The notes under the pieces: model-generated
Databases searched by the model: none
Seen by the model: only the letters and a program-made list of their open reading frames with translations
Told to the model about the DNA's origin: nothing
In this document: positions 37,315 through 51,486 of the stretch, piece after piece
How positions within the stretch are numbered: position 1 is the first letter of the stretch
Layout of the letters: each line of letters starts with the position of its first letter
Program-made: the position numbers and the translations under genes
NCBI GenBank assembly: GCA_051362555.1
Contig: CM120645.1
Span: 15,252,001 to 15,316,000 of the forward strand
DNA: 64,000 nt
Origin: Lingula anatina
Lineage: Eukaryota > Animalia > Brachiopoda
Direction of reading: 5' to 3'

Positions 37315-40300
37315 TCACTTTTTACTCAGATTGAGGGATTCAAACCAATCTTTAGCAGTGACAACAATTTTCCCATCGCGTGCTTCTGACTTGACACTGC
37401 CTTTTCCACTGGAGTTCATCTTGCCTACAAAATGAAAATGTCTTCATTTGAGTAACAGATGTATTGTATTCCCAATTTCAAATAAGTTAATGTCTGTTTT
37501 ATAGTTTTACATATGTATAAAGTGTTCACCCCATAAAAAATGTGGGGCGTCATATATTGTGCTTCTGTTAAAATAAGTAACTACAAAACATTATTTACCA
37601 ATTATGCTATTTCATTCCTTATTATTATAGTATCACCAACTCAAGTAGTGAGGTTTTGACAAATGCTAAGAAATACTGGGAACAAAAAAAGATCAGTGGG
37701 GCAAATGAAGAACAATTTTAAAAATAATTTTGAATAATATCACAACAGTGACTTCTATGCCTACCTGTAAATTTTGTCAGATTTCCTTCCTTTTTTTCCT
37801 CCACGTTCTCCACAGAGAGTGCCTTATCCACCTCCACCTGACTCCCCAACAACTCTAGACTGGTGTTAGCACTGACAGGAAGGTCTAAAGAGATGTCACC
37901 TGTAATACAGAAAATGGTATAAGATATATATAATCTCCCTTCTTATAAATTTGGCTGGAATAGTATAATTTTGGTTGTACCGGGTATGTTCAATATCACA
38001 ATCTTGTGAATGGGTGACGGAATGGGGTTGCGGAATATTGCAGGATTAGAGCCCAGAGTTATATATCTTCCCTAAGTCCAGCCATTTTTTGTTTTCTCAG
38101 CTCTAGATCTGTAGCTAGGGTATGTTATTCCCAAAAGCCATAGTTGCCTCCTCTCTCGTGTCCAAATACTGGTAGTGCCTCAAATCAAGGAAGAATTTTC
38201 TACTGGTGTTTATGAGTTCCCATGTGGCTAAATAGTCCTATTCTTGATTTGCACACTGACCACAAAGGCGGGACAACAAGGTATTGTGAAACACTCAGGA
38301 CATGTCCAAACAGTGGTAAACAACTAGGCAACAACCTGTGTATTCACTACATGTACCTACATATTTGTACCTTTTTTGATCACAAAACAGAAATTTCTTT
38401 GTTACAAGTATATGATTACTGACTGGAACTTTAAATAAATGACTTTCCCACTAAATAACATAACAGTTACCTTTGCCTGTCCTTACTGTTACCTCTTCAT
38501 GTCTGGTGATGTGGGCAGCAAGATTACCTTCTTTCATAAGGGCATTCAAGCTGCCATCCAGAGAATCTGGAACAGGGATAGGTTGCACTGACTGTGTGTA
38601 TATTGATATGTCTGGTAATACTAAAACTTTAAAACTTTTATCGATGTTCATTCATTTTTATTTTTACAAAAATTAAAACAAAATGAAAACTTGTGATTAA
38701 GCTTTGTTAACATGGGAATGACTGCATACTTTTTTTTATCAGGTTATTAGTGAAAATGTAAACAAATCAAGGTGCAAGGCATGTTGTTTGTATGCCGTAA
38801 CACACACAGGGCACTAGAAAAATACTTACCAATTTTAACATCTCCCTTATTGTGTACGTCTACTACAGTGCTTCCATGTACACTGCCAAGATAGATGGCG
38901 CCACTTTGCGACCAGAAGTTGGCATCGTCTGCATAGACTGATTTGACCTGGATGGTGCCATCCTGCGTTTTACACTGAACATGTTGACCCTGAAGTTTGT
39001 CTGCTTTGATGGCCTAAGATAATTTTTAGAAAAAAAGGAAATTTTTCAGTAACAAAGAGGAGAAATAGTTAAATGGCTCCTAGTTTTTTTAAAAAATTTG
39101 CAATGCTTTGCTAAAATAAAGGTGACTTACAAGAGAAAGTTAAATATTGAAAATACCATGAAAAATTGATATGCAAGATCTTAAAGGACAATGTTCATGT
39201 AAAAATCCATTTCTCGAATTTTGAAGATACAGCACTCAATCTATACACTAGAGGTATGTTTTAATCGATCCCCGCCATTTAAAAATTATAAAAACAATCT
39301 ATTAGTAGAAAAAAAAGCGTTTAAGTAAACCTCACCTCAATATGCAAAAATGAAGCAACAGATCTGGGTCACGTGGTACTGTGACGACAATCACGATAAA
39401 GGTCTATGAGACTCAACTGAGCTGCAGGTGCATACAGACGGAGAAGTTAAGGAAAGTTGTGTTGAACGGAGTTGAGGAATTTTCGTTATGCCTCGGTGTG
39501 TTGCCGTGGGATTCACCAAAATTGCAGCTCTCGTTGACAATCTTTCTTTGTCTGTGACGGTCTTCCGTGACTTACTAACTTCGGTGACAATAGTTGCGAT
39601 GCTCTAGATCATGGTCACCTCAGGTGGTTTAGATCATATCAAGAGCTGGTAGTCTTTCAGATTAACTGTCATCAGTTTAACTGTCAACTGTTAATTATGC
39701 ACCGCTGCAATTCCCAAGCCAGGTAATAACAGGTATGAAACTCGTCTTGGTGGGCTTTCATATTTTTCAATATATCTCATTTATTTCATGGTGTTATTTT
39801 ATTGGTATTTGTAAATGACGTTAAATATCAATACTTAAACAATTAAGTTCAAACACGGTCGCTAACATTAATAAAAGAAATTGCTCTCAGGGTATCTTGA
39901 AGCTTCCGTGGAAGAAAACGTGTTGAGGAAAAACAGGAAAAAGAGCGTTATATTAAAGAAAAAATGGGAACTGCTATAATAAAATGGTTCGTTATCCTAA
40001 TTCGTTTAAGCTTTGAGGATTTGTTTCTGAAGATTATTTCATCTGAAATATTAAATAATTTAAAAGATTGATTATTTTATAACTTGAAACGCAAATTCTG
40101 CGTCAGTACGCAATTTTTTTTTTTTTTTTGCAAATTTGTAAGCTTATAACACCGTGCTATAAAGATCTACTCAAGAAAAAAATTTGCTTGGGTAAAATTG
40201 AGTACGGAATGAACTGGAGACACTTGGCTTGTCATTAAGTTTACACGAAAATATGTCAGGTAACTTTATACTGTCTTTGAAAGAGTAAAGATTGAAAGAT

Positions 40301-43300
40301 AATTTTAGACAAACTTTGACGGGGGAAATACCTACAAAGAGTAATGGGCTATTTCGCCAACATCTTGTTGAAAATTTTACACTGCAATTCTATTCAAATA
40401 AGCTAAGGAACTAATTGCCAAATTAATACTCTCATCACATAACAGGGGGGTAACCAGACCTGCAAAAATTGTACGCACATATTTAAAAAGATTACAAGCA
40501 CATACAGCAAAATGTAGACTTACGCAAAACATGAAGGACAGCGTAATCACAGCAAATGTACCTCATATAGTAGCTTAATTTCCATTAATAATAAAATCAT
40601 CATTTAAGTCCAAAATATTCTTGCGATTTAATAACTATTTTAATTTACCCAGAACGGTATATTTATTTTAAAGGCGGTTAACTGAAATATAGTTTTATGA
40701 TTTGTTTGTGAAAATTGCCCATGTCACCCTGTTAGTTTGGAGGTCTAAGCTGGATCAAGTCCGTGTTAAAATTCCTTTGAAGTTGTGCAGGAAAAAATTC
40801 TTCCTTTCTTTCTCTAGCTCCTCGATAAACCTGGTGTTCAGATTTTATCTAGTACCCCCAGGTCTACGGGAGCTGCGCTTTGTAACTAACGCACAGGTAG
40901 ATTTTTACCTGAGATAACTGGAGTAAAGCTTTGATAGAGAGTGCGTTCGATACAAGCAAGACAAATTGAATGCCATTTAACCCTCTAATTAAGAGGTAAA
41001 GGAAGTTCCAGGTAGATGGATGATTAAGATAGGACTTGTAAAGGTAACGGGCATTGTTTACCTCAGTTTAATAAAAGTATGCAAGACGGAGTGTCAGCGA
41101 TTTAATAAAATAAATTGAATTTCACAAATAACATGGACCTCATATGCAATAATCAACATTTCCCTTAACTCATTCAAATGCAGTGTTTTATACAACTTGG
41201 GATAACCATAATGAAATGCTTGTTAAAGAAATGACTAGACTGGAAATGGTTTTACACAGCTTCACGAGGATTTAGACCCCTTGGGTAAGAGATTTGAATG
41301 AGTATAAACTTTTATCAGAAGCCAGAGAAGTCATCTTACAGGTAGACAATGCAGCTCAGTTTGACAGCTAAGCACGCTCTGTTCTCCAGTGGCTCGATTG
41401 TCGTCATTGGACCACGTGACCACGTAGCTCATTAACTCCCAGGCCGAGCAAATAGGACGTTTTTTAAAGCCAAAAATTTACAAAATGAGCTTTTAATTTG
41501 TGTATTTGGATAAAGATATCGTTAGTTGGGCATGTTTTCTGAAGAATATGTTCCGTTCAGGCCATTCTGACGGCATGAAGCAAACCCTTTAATTATACAG
41601 CAATAGAATAATAACATGCTTATCAAATGAAGTAGCCAAAACTTGTGCCAGCACTCTGCATTAGTGTACAAATTTAATGTTTCTCAAGATGTAAGGCATA
41701 TCAAAACACACATGAACATGGAAAAAAGTGCTCTTACCCCTCCATTCCCTGTCTTGAGCTCGATGTTGCCCTGAAGTGAAGACACACATTTGATGTTCCC
41801 TGTCCAGCTATGTGCATGAACTGTTCCACACTGGAAGAAATTTAAAAAAATTTATTCAAAAGTTCACACATAGTTTACTGTGTCAGACACAGTCATAGCT
41901 TTTTTGAACATGAACTTAAAATAATAATATGGTGAAGAAAAGTAAATTTGTTTATATTTACCGTCATTTTAACATTTAGTCCATGAAATAAAGACAATGG
42001 AAGACAATCCTAAACAACTTTCAAATTTTTAAAAGAATTTTGAATTTTACACTTAAATATAAGATGTCACAATGCACGCATGCAGCTTTAGGCTTCATTC
42101 ACTATATGTTACTATATGTTACTATAAGTAACTGGCTCGCGCTGCCAGTAATTACGCGGCGGGATATTCAGGGCACAGACCGTGATCATAAGATAGCGCG
42201 AATAGAAAATAGAATTTAGAAAATAGACATTGCATGTGAACGAAGCCTTATTCTTACTTTTAAATTTTTGAGTAAGGTGTCTCCATTCTGTGTGTTTATG
42301 TGGACCTGGTGACATTCCATGTCTTCTACATCTGCATTTCCTTCCTCCTGAACGTGGAGACTTACACCTAAAAATGGCAACAAATTATTACACTTTTCAT
42401 AATTCAACTCTAATTTGAAAGCAGTACATCTTAAGTCAGTTGGTATGACTGCCTGATTAGAAATCAAATTTCTATAACCATCATGAGCTTAAGTGCTTAA
42501 TTAGCGCAAGTTAAAATAGTACACTGGAACAAACCATGGGATTTGATTGGCTTTTTATGCTAAGACATTAAAACCAAAAAGTCTGGTGAGATAAATAGTA
42601 ATTTACATAAAACCACCTCAAATAAAAATGCATCTGGAGTTTAAGAGTATTCACAGTGACTTATGTTAACCCAGCATGTGTTTTAGCACAGCAGCAATAT
42701 TAATTATACTAGCTGGTATATACATGTTTGAGTACATAAAAGTTTACAATTACCCCTGAACCTCACATGGTACATACATATTCACTCAAACATTGCTGGA
42801 AGGCTATCTTAGAAGCCTTGGGGTACATGTGGTGCCAGTAACTCAAAGAGACCATTCCCAGACCCTATCATACAAACTTTTGATCGAACTATCTCCCAGG
42901 GGATTTTTGCTTAATTGCAATTAACTTGGGTGGCTTAGATGTCTGTCACACCTGTTGTGGCTGATAGGGGTAATTAACTTTCATTTAGCAGACGTCCCAG
43001 ACATCTAAGCGGCTTGGGCTGAAAGCAATTTAGCGAGAGACCCCACAGAGATGGACTGATCCTGTTAGATCTATCTAGGGATGGGAGTTCAGTCAAACAT
43101 TGCTCCCTGATGGTATATGTAAGTACAGGTAAATGAAAACATTTAATTTTCATATCTACATCACATAAAGAAAATATTTTAACTAACCAAATTTTACAGG
43201 AACCTGTATGAGACACTCTAGTGGGATATTCTTGTGTTGAAATGCCTTGTGACCGTCCTCCGTTATCATGCCATTGAAAAGAAGTTCCTTTTCATGATCT

Positions 43301-44285
43301 CGAACTTCCACGTGACATTTGAAGAACTGATTCCATTGGATGACATCAATCATGGCATGTCCCTTCTCTGTGTCTGCGTACAGGGCCAGGAATGCCTTAT
43401 CTTGAAATGGAAACTCTTCTGCATTGACAGGAACAACCTAGCGGAAAAATGGTAAAAGTTCTATGGAATAGTTCGTTTTTGATAAATAAAAAATGTCTTC
43501 ATCAGGAGAGTAAATAAATATAATCTTAACTTACTAGGACAAATTAATTCATTTACGTTTTTTTTCGTGCTTTATGGATTTGCAAATAAATGTACAGAGT
43601 CAAGTGGGTAGATTTCAGTAGTTTAAAACATAAATGTTCCCAACTAGATGATGCTTAGTATTTGTTGATAACAATTTATACAAGTGATACTCTTCTCTAA
43701 ACAGATCACACCTCAACCCCCACTGAAGTAAATGACAAAAAATCAATACCATTTGTAAATACAATGCATCAACAATTAATTAAGAGGATTTATTTTTTTA
43801 AAAAGTTCACACTACCCCCCCCTCCCTAAAATAAATAAATAAATAAATAAATAACCAATTTAAACACTGAGTGTTTGTCTGAAGCTTGCTAAAATTTAAT
43901 TGTGACCAGAAAGCTTGGGTGCATGTTTGAACAGAATCTACCTGTACTGGTACAGGGATCAATCAGCTCATTGCACCCTGTAGTTCATACCTTTACATTA
44001 AAAGGCACATTGATGATCAGTCTACCAAAAGGATGCACATCATGGCTCCATGATTCCAGGGTGTGCATCTTGTAGAACTTTTCAGGGACAAATGTGGAGT
44101 ACCAACATGCTCCTTAAATAATGCAGAAAACACATTTAAAGCAATCAAAAAGCACATATATATTACTCCCACCATGATCGAGTCTGATTCATTTCACTCA
44201 GTCATTATACAGTACATGTGCGCTTTTAGTCTACAGTACATGTATTGACAATGCCTGTAAACAACTCTAAGGAGAGAAAATAAAA

Positions 44286-44316
<31 letters not shown>

Positions 44317-45259
44317 ATACAATCAAATAGCAATGAAAATAAATTTGAAAAAACTGTGCGAAGACCTAAAGATGGATAAAAATGTACTGACCCCCCCCCC
44401 CCCCCCCTCTCCTTTTTACATTCACCACCACTACCTTGTCCCAATGCATTGGCTTAACATAATGAGGCCCCACTTTTTGGGGGAACTCCAAACATTTCTG
44501 GCTGCAAATACATGTATCAGTACATAAATCAGAAGTCTGGATAGTAATCCGCCTCAACAATACATCCTACTAATTTCTCTTATTATAGTCTACCAGTAGG
44601 ATACGAAACATGGGTCCAAAATACAGTTTAGACAGCCACAAGTCAGCTACTGGAATTACACTGGACTTTCTTGTACAGAAACATATACTTTGAAGAAAGC
44701 TAAGTTATGTATATTAAATACAGTTAGGACAGGTTACAATTACTGGTACACTGTATTCAGTACATCTAGCCTATGAGCATACTAGTACTACAGAGCATAC
44801 TAGTACTGGTAGCATGGAAATAGTAAATGTGTTAGCACTCCTATTTACTTTTTTTTATATGCACTGTACGTGCAAGTGAATATCAAACACATAATGAATA
44901 ACCCCTTATATGTAAATGCATGTACCAGTGTGCTGAATTTTCGTGCTACACTGTGTACAGTACAGTACATATACCCAGTATGTATGTGCCATGGGCACCG
45001 ATCATCTGGACATTTATATAAATAAAATAACTATGCACTCAACATAGAATCACATCTAAATAGCAGAATAGGCAGAATTAAGATTAATGCAAAAACCAGA
45101 AAGTTCAAAACGAAAATAAATGCAGCAGTTAAGAGAAAAACACTTGCCAAGATGTTTTGGACCCCACGTACTGGAAACAACTTTTTGAAGTTCGCCTTTG
45201 ATTCCATATTTAAACAAATGTCGGCCCGCAGCTCGAAGGGCGCAGCTTACACCCGCCAT
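37315..45259 (-). CDS. FAM185A: FAM185A-like protein (DUF4097 beta-repeat), 9 exons, 403 aa
   Basis: Exons 45259-45148, 44112-43991, 43437-43188, 42367-42258, 41830-41738, 39013-38830, 38566-38471, 37899-37765, 37424-37315 (1212 nt, in phase). Recognised segments VHPFGRL, QVPVKF, DKLQG, LGSVHG, DWFESLNL; Arg-rich N-terminus. Confidence 0.88.
39185..40277. mobile_element. Probable non-autonomous Kolobok-like element in FAM185A intron 5
   Basis: Starts TTAA|AGGACA, ends TGTCTT|TGAA; weak TIR; internal GGTCACGTGG as in 1844-2182. Confidence 0.35.
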
Positions 45260-45392
45260 CCTGAACAAAGACGAATGGACCACGAACAAGTCGATTTGAA
45301 CTTGTAGTATGTGCAAAACGTGCCAAAAGTTATAAGAATACTCGACCAGCCAGGAAGACGTGCCGTCCTTGAATTGAACTTATTTGACTGGT

Positions 45393-45401
45393 TGACCTTG
45401 A
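45393..45401 (-). promoter_or_regulatory. ERR/NR5-type response element (TCAAGGTCA) upstream of FAM185A
   Basis: TGACCTTGA on + strand, 134 bp upstream of the ATG. Confidence 0.35.
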
Positions 45402-46960
45402 CCGCATGTTAAAGAAAACACGTATTTCTAGCCATGTTTACGCCGCCACGACGATCTTATGCTGATCGTATATCAAACGTATACCACATTCTCACGTATT
45501 TTTATCCGTGAGCGTATGGTAAAATAGGGATAACAACGTTTCTGCATGCTAAGTTTGTCGAGTTCAAATGTAGGTCAGGGAATCCCTGCCTCGTTTTCAG
45601 CGAGGGAATTTCCATGTGCAAACAAGACAAATATACGTTATCTTAAGTCGTTTACTTCATCAAACTTGCAGCAATAACCTTGGTTAAGATTTGTTTTTCT
45701 CGTAGGTATTTTTATAAGAGACTGCTATAAATTCCAACATTACAAGAATTTCATTGCAGTTTGTTTAAATGTACCTCAATTTTTGAGTTCGAAGTACCGT
45801 ATAGCTAAAAAAAAACACGACTATTGGTACGCGTATGATCGATAACTGATTTAATTCTCGTAAGATTACCATCCGCCCCCTTCCTTATGAATAGGTATTA
45901 CTTTATTAATACAATGCAACCGTCGTGTAGCCGCATGTTAGAAGACAATGTTTGATTACGCACAGCAGTAGGAGGCCGCTACCCCTTCCCAGCAAGGAGT
46001 CAACACAGCAGCGCGTTACCCGGGGTTAATTAGGGGTTATTAGCTGTCCACTTATGATCGGTATTGTTCGTCTTGATTGCAGCACACTTCCTACTCACTA
46101 TTGGTTCGACCGCCTCTTCTTTAAATGCTCTCTCAAACCTTTCCTCAGTCAGCCGAGAATGGAAACACGTTTATCTGCCGATAAACTACGTCGTTGATGT
46201 ATTATTCGGCATCATTCTACAGTGGGTCATAAGGCTCTATCTATCATTTTTTTCGTCTCGCATTTTACCAGATTAAGCTGACGCTCGAAAACTAAATTTA
46301 ATGAATAATTTTCTCACGTGCACCGTATCCAGCTAATTTTACGACAATAACTACCACGGCACCTCCGCCATTTGCAATTGTAGACGAACCACGTGTTTCC
46401 AACTGATAGGCCAATACAACTATACCAGACCCATTGTACGAGAAAAGACCGTTTATATTTAATGAATTAAAAAACATTTGAGGATTGCGATTTTCTATTG
46501 ATATACTATCGATGGTATCCCTGTATTAAATCATCCACTGCTACCCCCTCTTTTGTAGTGTAGCATGATTCGTATCACAAGATGACCTTAGAAATGAAGT
46601 AAGACAGGCCTACACTCTGATAGTTTTTAGTCTATTATTAACCCTAATGTCGTTGCTTGTCATTCATTCTAGAACTCTCTGAGCCATCGCAAAATTATTT
46701 GCCAGGACATTTAAAGGCTACTTCTTAACCGAATTTTTTTTTATTTGCACTGAGTCCAAAATGTTCGAGGACGTCTCTGTCGTTATCGCCGTTTCTCGGA
46801 CGCAGTCCCAGACAAAGGATCGGAAAGTTTCTAAATAAAAGAACTTATAAATGCTGCCACTAGCCATCCTTATTGTTCCTAAGTAAAGAGAGGCGATAAT
46901 GATCTTTTTTTTCTTCTAGCTTAGTCTGTCGACTAAAATGAACAAGGTTAGGCCTACAAT

Positions 46961-47975
46961 GCAACCACCTATTATTACGACCATTAATGAGGTTCTTTGC
47001 TACACTCCCTTTCTTCATGATAGCGAAACCAGTGGGGTGCTGTGTTTTAAATATATAAAAAAAGGGTCTCGCGAGGTGAAGCTATAATAATGAAATAAAA
47101 AAAATCCAATGAATAGGCCTATCTAATAGGCCTAAACCATGAAGCACGTAGTCTAGGCCTCTTCTTTGACCGACATCACATTTTTACATTCTTTGTTTTA
47201 ATAAGAGGGCGAACGTGGTCTAATTTGTCTTTTGGTGGTGTGTGATTTTGCTCGAAGTAGCGGAGTCAAGTAAATCGGTGATTTACCGTTGGTAAGAGTA
47301 GCGATCATCGCTCCTGCGTCCTCATAGATTACTTTCTAATCACCCGTAATTAACGCAGTCAGGAATAAGCGCTCAAATAGGGGTTTTTGTATCAGGGAAA
47401 ATCTTAGTATTAATCTTATGTTATTATGTATCTGTATTATGTAATCATGTAACTCATTTTCCCAAGGCAACCACCAATTATGACGACCATTAATGAAGTT
47501 CTCTGCTACACTCTCTCCTCATGATCACTTGCTCGATCGTGAAACCCTGGAGGTGTTGTATATATATTTGGGGTAGTTTACTATAGCATGCTACACTCTC
47601 CTCATGATCAGCTGCTCGATCGTGAAATCTGGAGTGAAACCCATGGTTTATCTAACAATGGTTTAAATAAATAAAAAGGGTGTCACGGAGGTGAAGCTGC
47701 TAATTAATAAACCACGAAGCACGTATGTTTTCGCCTTTTTTACATAAGATGTCTCAACAAGAAGGCAGATGTAGTCCAATTTGTCTTTTGTTGGTGATTC
47801 TGCTTCAGGTGGCTGAGATTAGTTGATCGGTGATGCACCGTTGGTAAGAGTAGCAATCATAACTCCTGCGTTCTAACGGATTACTTTCCAACCCCCCATA
47901 ATTAACGCAGCCAGGAATAGGCGCTGAAATAGGGGGTATTAAATCAGGAATTAATTTTTGTAATTATGTATCCGT
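46961..47975. repeat. Diverged tandem duplication, ~506-bp unit x2
   Basis: GCAACCACC..TTA..ACGACCATTAATGA at 46961 and 47467; shared CCGTTGGTAAGAGTAGC and TAATTAACGCAG blocks. Confidence 0.85.
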
Positions 47976-50750
47976 AAAATAAGAATCGTAACATTATCAC
48001 GTATTTTTCCTGATGGAAAATATCATAATTTATGCACACTGATCGAATTATAAAGAAAATCTCCAGATGTAAACAAAGGTCAGTCAAGTATCACTCATCC
48101 CAGGCTGCAGGGCAGATATAGAGAATTGAATGAAGCGCCAGTGATCTGGCAACCCTACAAATTTGTCATAATGATTCATGGGCAAACAATAGAAGCATGA
48201 AATTAACACCTTTTACAGTGTGAATGACGACACCTTATGAGGCTTTTGTTTCTTCCCCTGGGTTGGTATTACAAAGTGAGTATGTTGACGTAAGTGTGTT
48301 GACTTTTGCATGTTCAAAGGAACAATGGAAATGTCATTTCAAAACAAAGAGCCACATTTCCCTACTTAGGTGGCCAAAATATTGTCAATGAAACGCAAAA
48401 AAGACAAAATCACCAGCTGTTACTGACTGAGTCTAACTCAAATGCAAAAAGGTACGCACAGCGACAAAGCGCTATTGTAAACAATGACCCGACGATGAGT
48501 TCAATAAGATGTATAAAATGACTATTTGTACTATAAAACTGTACCCCTGCCCCTACTTGTATATTATTACACACACAAGGCCACCCTATACCAGAGTTAC
48601 AGATTGATTTTTCATTACACAGTCTCTTGCACTGAAGAAAAATACTCATAATTAATTTGCGGCCCTAGTAGAGGGTCTTCTCTCGCTTTCTCTCAAATCA
48701 AAATAAACTAGCAAACATGAAAATTGGCAAAATGTATTAGAATGTAAAGTGTTGCGAACCCTTTAAACAAGGTGAATGGTAATATGCACGTTTAGACAAA
48801 TTTTAATTTTAATTTCAATTAAATTTAATTTTAATTAAAATTGATATTACCAAAATTAGTAAATGTCGTTTGCGTCATGTATCAATATTTTTGCGCATAA
48901 TAGTACCTACGTTATAAACATTCAGCAAAGATATTTGGAAGGCCGCTCTTTTGTTGTTTATATCAAAGGAAAACTATTTGATACCCATCGTATCAATCAT
49001 TATACCATGATAAGAGATTAGCATACTAATTTATGTCCCCAGTAATAATAACTTTAACAATAACAACAAACCTTCCTACTGTGCTTTCCGTTGCAAAAAC
49101 AATAAGCCACGACTGTTTTATATATTAATAGATATTTATAATAATGTCAATTTCAAAATCTTCAAAAGTATGGACAGGGACACGAACTCCCGTCGGGTAG
49201 GTTGCAGACGACTCAACGACGTTAACCGTTGTTCCACCAATTCTGTTGTTCACGTAAACAGATATCGACAGCTCTGTATTGCCGCGCATGCCGAAGCTTT
49301 GCGGAAATTGCCGAAGGCTAGGAAAATTCTTCAAAATATACTTTTATTACATTTAATCAAATCCAGACTATCTCCCACTGCCCTGAGGTATGGCTAAAGG
49401 CTTTCAGTTGTCGTCAGACTTTGTAATTTGGGAGAAAAAAGTGAAACAGTAACTTCTGGTGATGAATAATAGGTAATAGTGCTGCAAGGTGTTGTTTTTT
49501 ATCCCTGATGTACGAGTAGCTTTTTCTACAGTTTCTATAATTCTCTTAACGTATGAAAATATGCAGGTTTTCTGATATAATAAGACTTTGATAAAATCAA
49601 AACCAATAATACTTTTAAAGTCGAGAGTCGGGATAAATATCGGCAAGGTGGAGATATGTCCCGCCGGCGCTTCCGCAACAGCAAGACTGAAGGACGCAAG
49701 TTACAAAGCAAAACATGTTTAGTCAAGTTAAAGACTTAATTACCGGTTTAACTTCGGCGGCAGTGCCTACTGCTGTGAGCAACATGCGCTGTCCATCGTA
49801 ATCCCCCTATCATTAACACTGTCGGGGACGTGCGCATTAGCGCGTCTGATGTAGACAGCGTGTGCTATTAAAGTGACCGGGGACTTATTAGCTATAGTGT
49901 ACACTCCATGGATTTGAAAATCCGACAGACACATGTATTTTTGCCATCCACAGCTTCTTATGACAGACATCTCCTTACAGACAACGTAAATATAAGTTAA
50001 CACCTTAATTTATTTTGGGAGAGTACATGGTGTTGATGTGTCAATCGAAGCGTAGTAGAATTAAAACTGAATGCAAGTGAAATGAATGATTCGTGAGTAT
50101 TCGTGAAAATTGTTTATTTCCCTGTGAAAGTCCATTTTGACAGGTAAATCCCATGGTGATTGCAGGACCTATCTTGTTGATCAGTATTTGGAGCATATCA
50201 CTAAAAAGAAATTGTAACAGCAGATAAACAAATTTAGTTTGTCTAAAATTGGCTATTATTTTATAATCAAAACAGCTGATTCATCTACAGTACTAGTAAT
50301 ATCTCATGTTATAAAACCTTCACATGATGCCTAAAAAGTTAAATTTGCAATTTAGTATACAGTAACTAAAACAATACTGGAAATAAACGAAGGCAGATTT
50401 CATGAAAATGGGTAATGTGACCATTCAGGTAAAAACTTTATGCACAGCTTGTTTTAAAATAAATTTAAACTAGTTTAACTGTGTGAAAATTGCTGAAAGC
50501 TTATGAAGAATATATGTTTTATGTTCTGAAATCTCTCTCTCTCAATCCTTACCTTGTCTGGAGTTTTGTATCCATAGTATGTACAGAATTGTCCTCTTCT
50601 CCTGACCCCCCCCCCCAAAAAAAAAAAAAAAAAAAATCCTGTACTTAAAAGAATGTCTTTTTCTATCAATTAACATTAACTGGTAAAGCACAAGAAATAG
50701 ATTTTACTGAATTTTGATCAGTACTAGCTATAACTTCATTCAATTTTTTT

Positions 50751-51015
50751 TACCTCCGCCAAGGAGGTTATGTTCACCCCTGTTTGTCTGTCTTTCTGTC
50801 TGTTTGTCATCAGCATAACTCAAAAAGTTATGGATGAATTTCGATGGAATTTTCAGAGTTGGACAGAAATGGGTTAACTTAGAAGTGATTGGTTTTTGGT
50901 GGTGATCCGGATCAATTATCAATAATAATAAAAAATTTAGGGGTGAAACGGCATTGGGTGGAGACTTTGCTGCCTTGGTGGAGGTACGTCTGCGCTCTCG
51001 GAGTGCTTTTCATGT
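50751..51015 (+). mobile_element. Non-autonomous Helentron/DINE-1-like element (second copy ~60656-60880)
   Basis: T-run insertion, subTIR ACCTCCGCCAAGG / CCTTGGTGGAGGT, (TGTC)n microsatellite, 3' hairpin GCGCTC-TCG-GAGTGC. Confidence 0.8.
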
Positions 51016-51486
51016 TTGTCACTGAAGCAGCATACAGCTGAAGATGAGTATAATTTGTAATGACCATTGCTTCATATTATTTTGACACTTCCAACTACTA
51101 TAATCTGCCTGTAAGGGACCATTAAATTCCCAGACCCTTTAGTACTAACTGTGGATCGATCTATCTCTGAGGTGATGTAGCAACAAAATGCCCCAGAGAT
51201 GGATCAATACTGTTAGATCAATCTAGGTATGGGAACCCAGTCTAAGGCTTCAGTCCAAATGTTCTCCCCACTCCCTTACTCTTGTATAATTATATTATTT
51301 TAGGCTAACAATTAAGTCCTTTTCACTATATTCATGTATTTGTCATTCTCTTCCACAGATCGGCCATTTGAAGCCCATCTCTGTTCTTAGTTGTAGGCTG
51401 TTTCATGCTTCCTTTCCTTTTATTTGTCAAATGGTTTTCAAAACCAGCCAGGCCTTTTGACACAATGTACCTTTGTGTTTGTTTAA

